DNA from: Bugula neritina | Lineage: Eukaryota; Animalia; Bryozoa | Direction of reading: 5' to 3' | Assembly (NCBI GenBank): GCA_964035545.1 | Contig: CAXIUT010000183.1 | Span: 682,001 to 746,000 of the forward strand | Length of the DNA stretch: 64,000 bases | Shown here: positions 62,201-64,000 of the stretch, one piece after another | Position numbering within the stretch: the stretch's first letter is position 1 | Layout of the letters: every line of letters starts with the position of its first letter | Position numbers and translations under genes: made by a program | Notes under the pieces: generated by a model | Database searches by the model: none | Seen by the model: only the letters and a program-made list of their open reading frames with translations | What the model was told of the DNA's origin: nothing

Positions 62201-64000
62201 AAATACTACAACATATTGAAATACACTGCAACACATTGAAGTATACTGCAACATACCTAAATATACGGTAATATACTGAAATATACTGTAACACATTGAA
62301 AAATACTGCAACATACTGAATTATACTGCAAGATACTGCAACATACTGAAATACACTATAACATACTGAAACACACTGCAACATACTGCATTATACTGAC
62401 ATACACTGGAACATATTGAAATACACTACAACATCCTACAACATGCTGAAATACACAGTAACATATTGAAGTACACCACAACACCTTGAAATATACTGCA
62501 ACATACCGAAATATATGGTAAACTACTGAAATATACTGTAACACATTGAAAAATACTGCAACATACTGAAATATACTGCGACACATTGCAATATACTGTA
62601 ACATACTGAAATATGCTCTAGCACACTGAAATACACTGCAACTCACTGAAATATACTGCAACATACTGAAGTACACTGCAACACATTGAAATATACTGCA
62701 ATATACCAAAATATATGGTAAACTACTGAAATATACTTTAACCCATTGAAAAATACTGCAACATACTGAAGTATACTGTAACGCACTGAAATATACTGCA
62801 ACATACTGAAATACACTGCAACTCACTGAAATATACTGCACCATATTGAAATACACTGCAACATCCTACAACATGCTGAAATACACTGTAACATATTGAA
62901 ATACACTGCAACACATTGAAATATACTGCAACATACCGAAATATATGGTAAACTACTGAAATATACTGTAACACATTGCAAAATACTGCAACATACTGAA
63001 ATATACTGCGACACATTGCAATATACTGTAACATACTGAAATATGCTCTAGCACACTGAAATACACTGCAACTCACTGAAACATACTGCAACATACTGAA
63101 ATACACTGCAACACATTGAAATATACCGCAACATACCAAAATATATGGTAAACTACTGAGATATACTTTAACACATTGGAAAATACTGCAACATACTGAA
63201 ATATACTGTAACACACTGAAATATACTGCAACATACTGAAATACACTGTAACATACTGAAATAAACTGCACCATACTGAACTACACTGCTACATACTGAA
63301 ACATAATTCAACATACTGCAACGTACTGAAATACACTGCAACACATTGAAATATACTCCAACATACCTAAATATACGGTAATATACCGAAAAACACTGTA
63401 ACACATTGAAAAATACTGAAACATACTGAAATATACTGCGACACCTTGCAATATACTGTAACATACTGAAATATGCTGTAGCACACTGAAATACACTGCA
63501 ACTCACTGAAACATACTGCAACATACTGAAATACACATTAACATATTGAAACATACTGCAACATACTGCAACATATTGAAATACACTGTAACATACTGAA
63601 ATACACTGCAAAACACTACAACATATTGAAATACACTGCAACACATTGAAATATACTGCAACATACCTAAATATACGGTAATATACTGAAATATACTGTA
63701 ACATACTGAAATATGCTCTAGCACACTGAAATACACTGCAACCCACTGAAATATACTGAAACATGCTGAATTATACTGCAAGATACTGCAACATACAGAA
63801 ATACACTGTAACATACTGAAACACACTGCAACATACTGCATTATACTGACACACTGGAACATATTGAAATACACTGCAACATCCTACAACATGCTGAAAT
63901 ACACAGTAACATATTGAAGTACACTACAACACCTTGAAATATACTGCAACATACCGAAATATATGGTAAACCACTGAAATATACTGTAACACATTGAAAA

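Larger units (their letters stand above)
30245..64000. repeat. Satellite array, right block (runs off the window edge)
   Basis: Same 10/20-bp unit and orientation, with no unique-sequence interruption over 33.7 kb. Confidence 0.98.

Noticed and set aside
35-63874. Hundreds of minus-strand ORFs (60-494 aa) as protein-coding genes
   Set aside because: They overlap in all three frames with the same low-complexity repeat peptide, follow a 10/20-bp rather than 3n period, and are explained by the stop-free satellite strand.
1-64000. CRISPR array or other repeat-spacer system
   Set aside because: There are no unique spacers between constant repeats. All variation is point variants of the same 10-mers, and there are no cas-like ORFs.
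1-64000. Telomeric repeat or rDNA spacer
   Set aside because: The unit is not G-rich or telomere-like and is too heterogeneous, and no rRNA sequence is present.

Overview
Eukaryotic-type, AT-rich satellite (heterochromatin-like) DNA with no credible protein-coding gene. About 59 kb of the 64 kb is one tandem array, all in the same orientation. It is built from alternating 10-bp monomers (CAACATACTG / AAATAYACTG, a 20-bp dimer), grouped into ~170-250-bp modules marked by an ATATATGGTA-AACTACTG variant, and then into kb-scale higher-order duplications (offsets of 1,070, 2,339, 3,231, ~3,900-4,260, ~6,510, 11,089 and 13,960 bp, read from the ORF track and checked on marker motifs). Two copies of one ~2.55-kb non-autonomous DNA transposon interrupt the array (19511-22051 and 27682-30244). 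They have CACAG...CTGTG termini, 19-20-bp core TIRs inside ~165-175-bp imperfect TIRs, and 2-bp target-site duplications (TA and AC), which fits the CMC (EnSpm/CACTA-Mirage) superfamily best. The copies are independent insertions, because the empty sites are visible elsewhere in the window. Each carries an internal minus-strand tRNA-derived Pol III-type cassette (A box, B box, T-run), which is the most divergent part between the two copies and may sit in a nested Helitron-like fragment. The many minus-strand ORFs are artefacts of a satellite strand that is stop-free in all three frames. The organism cannot be determined from the sequence.
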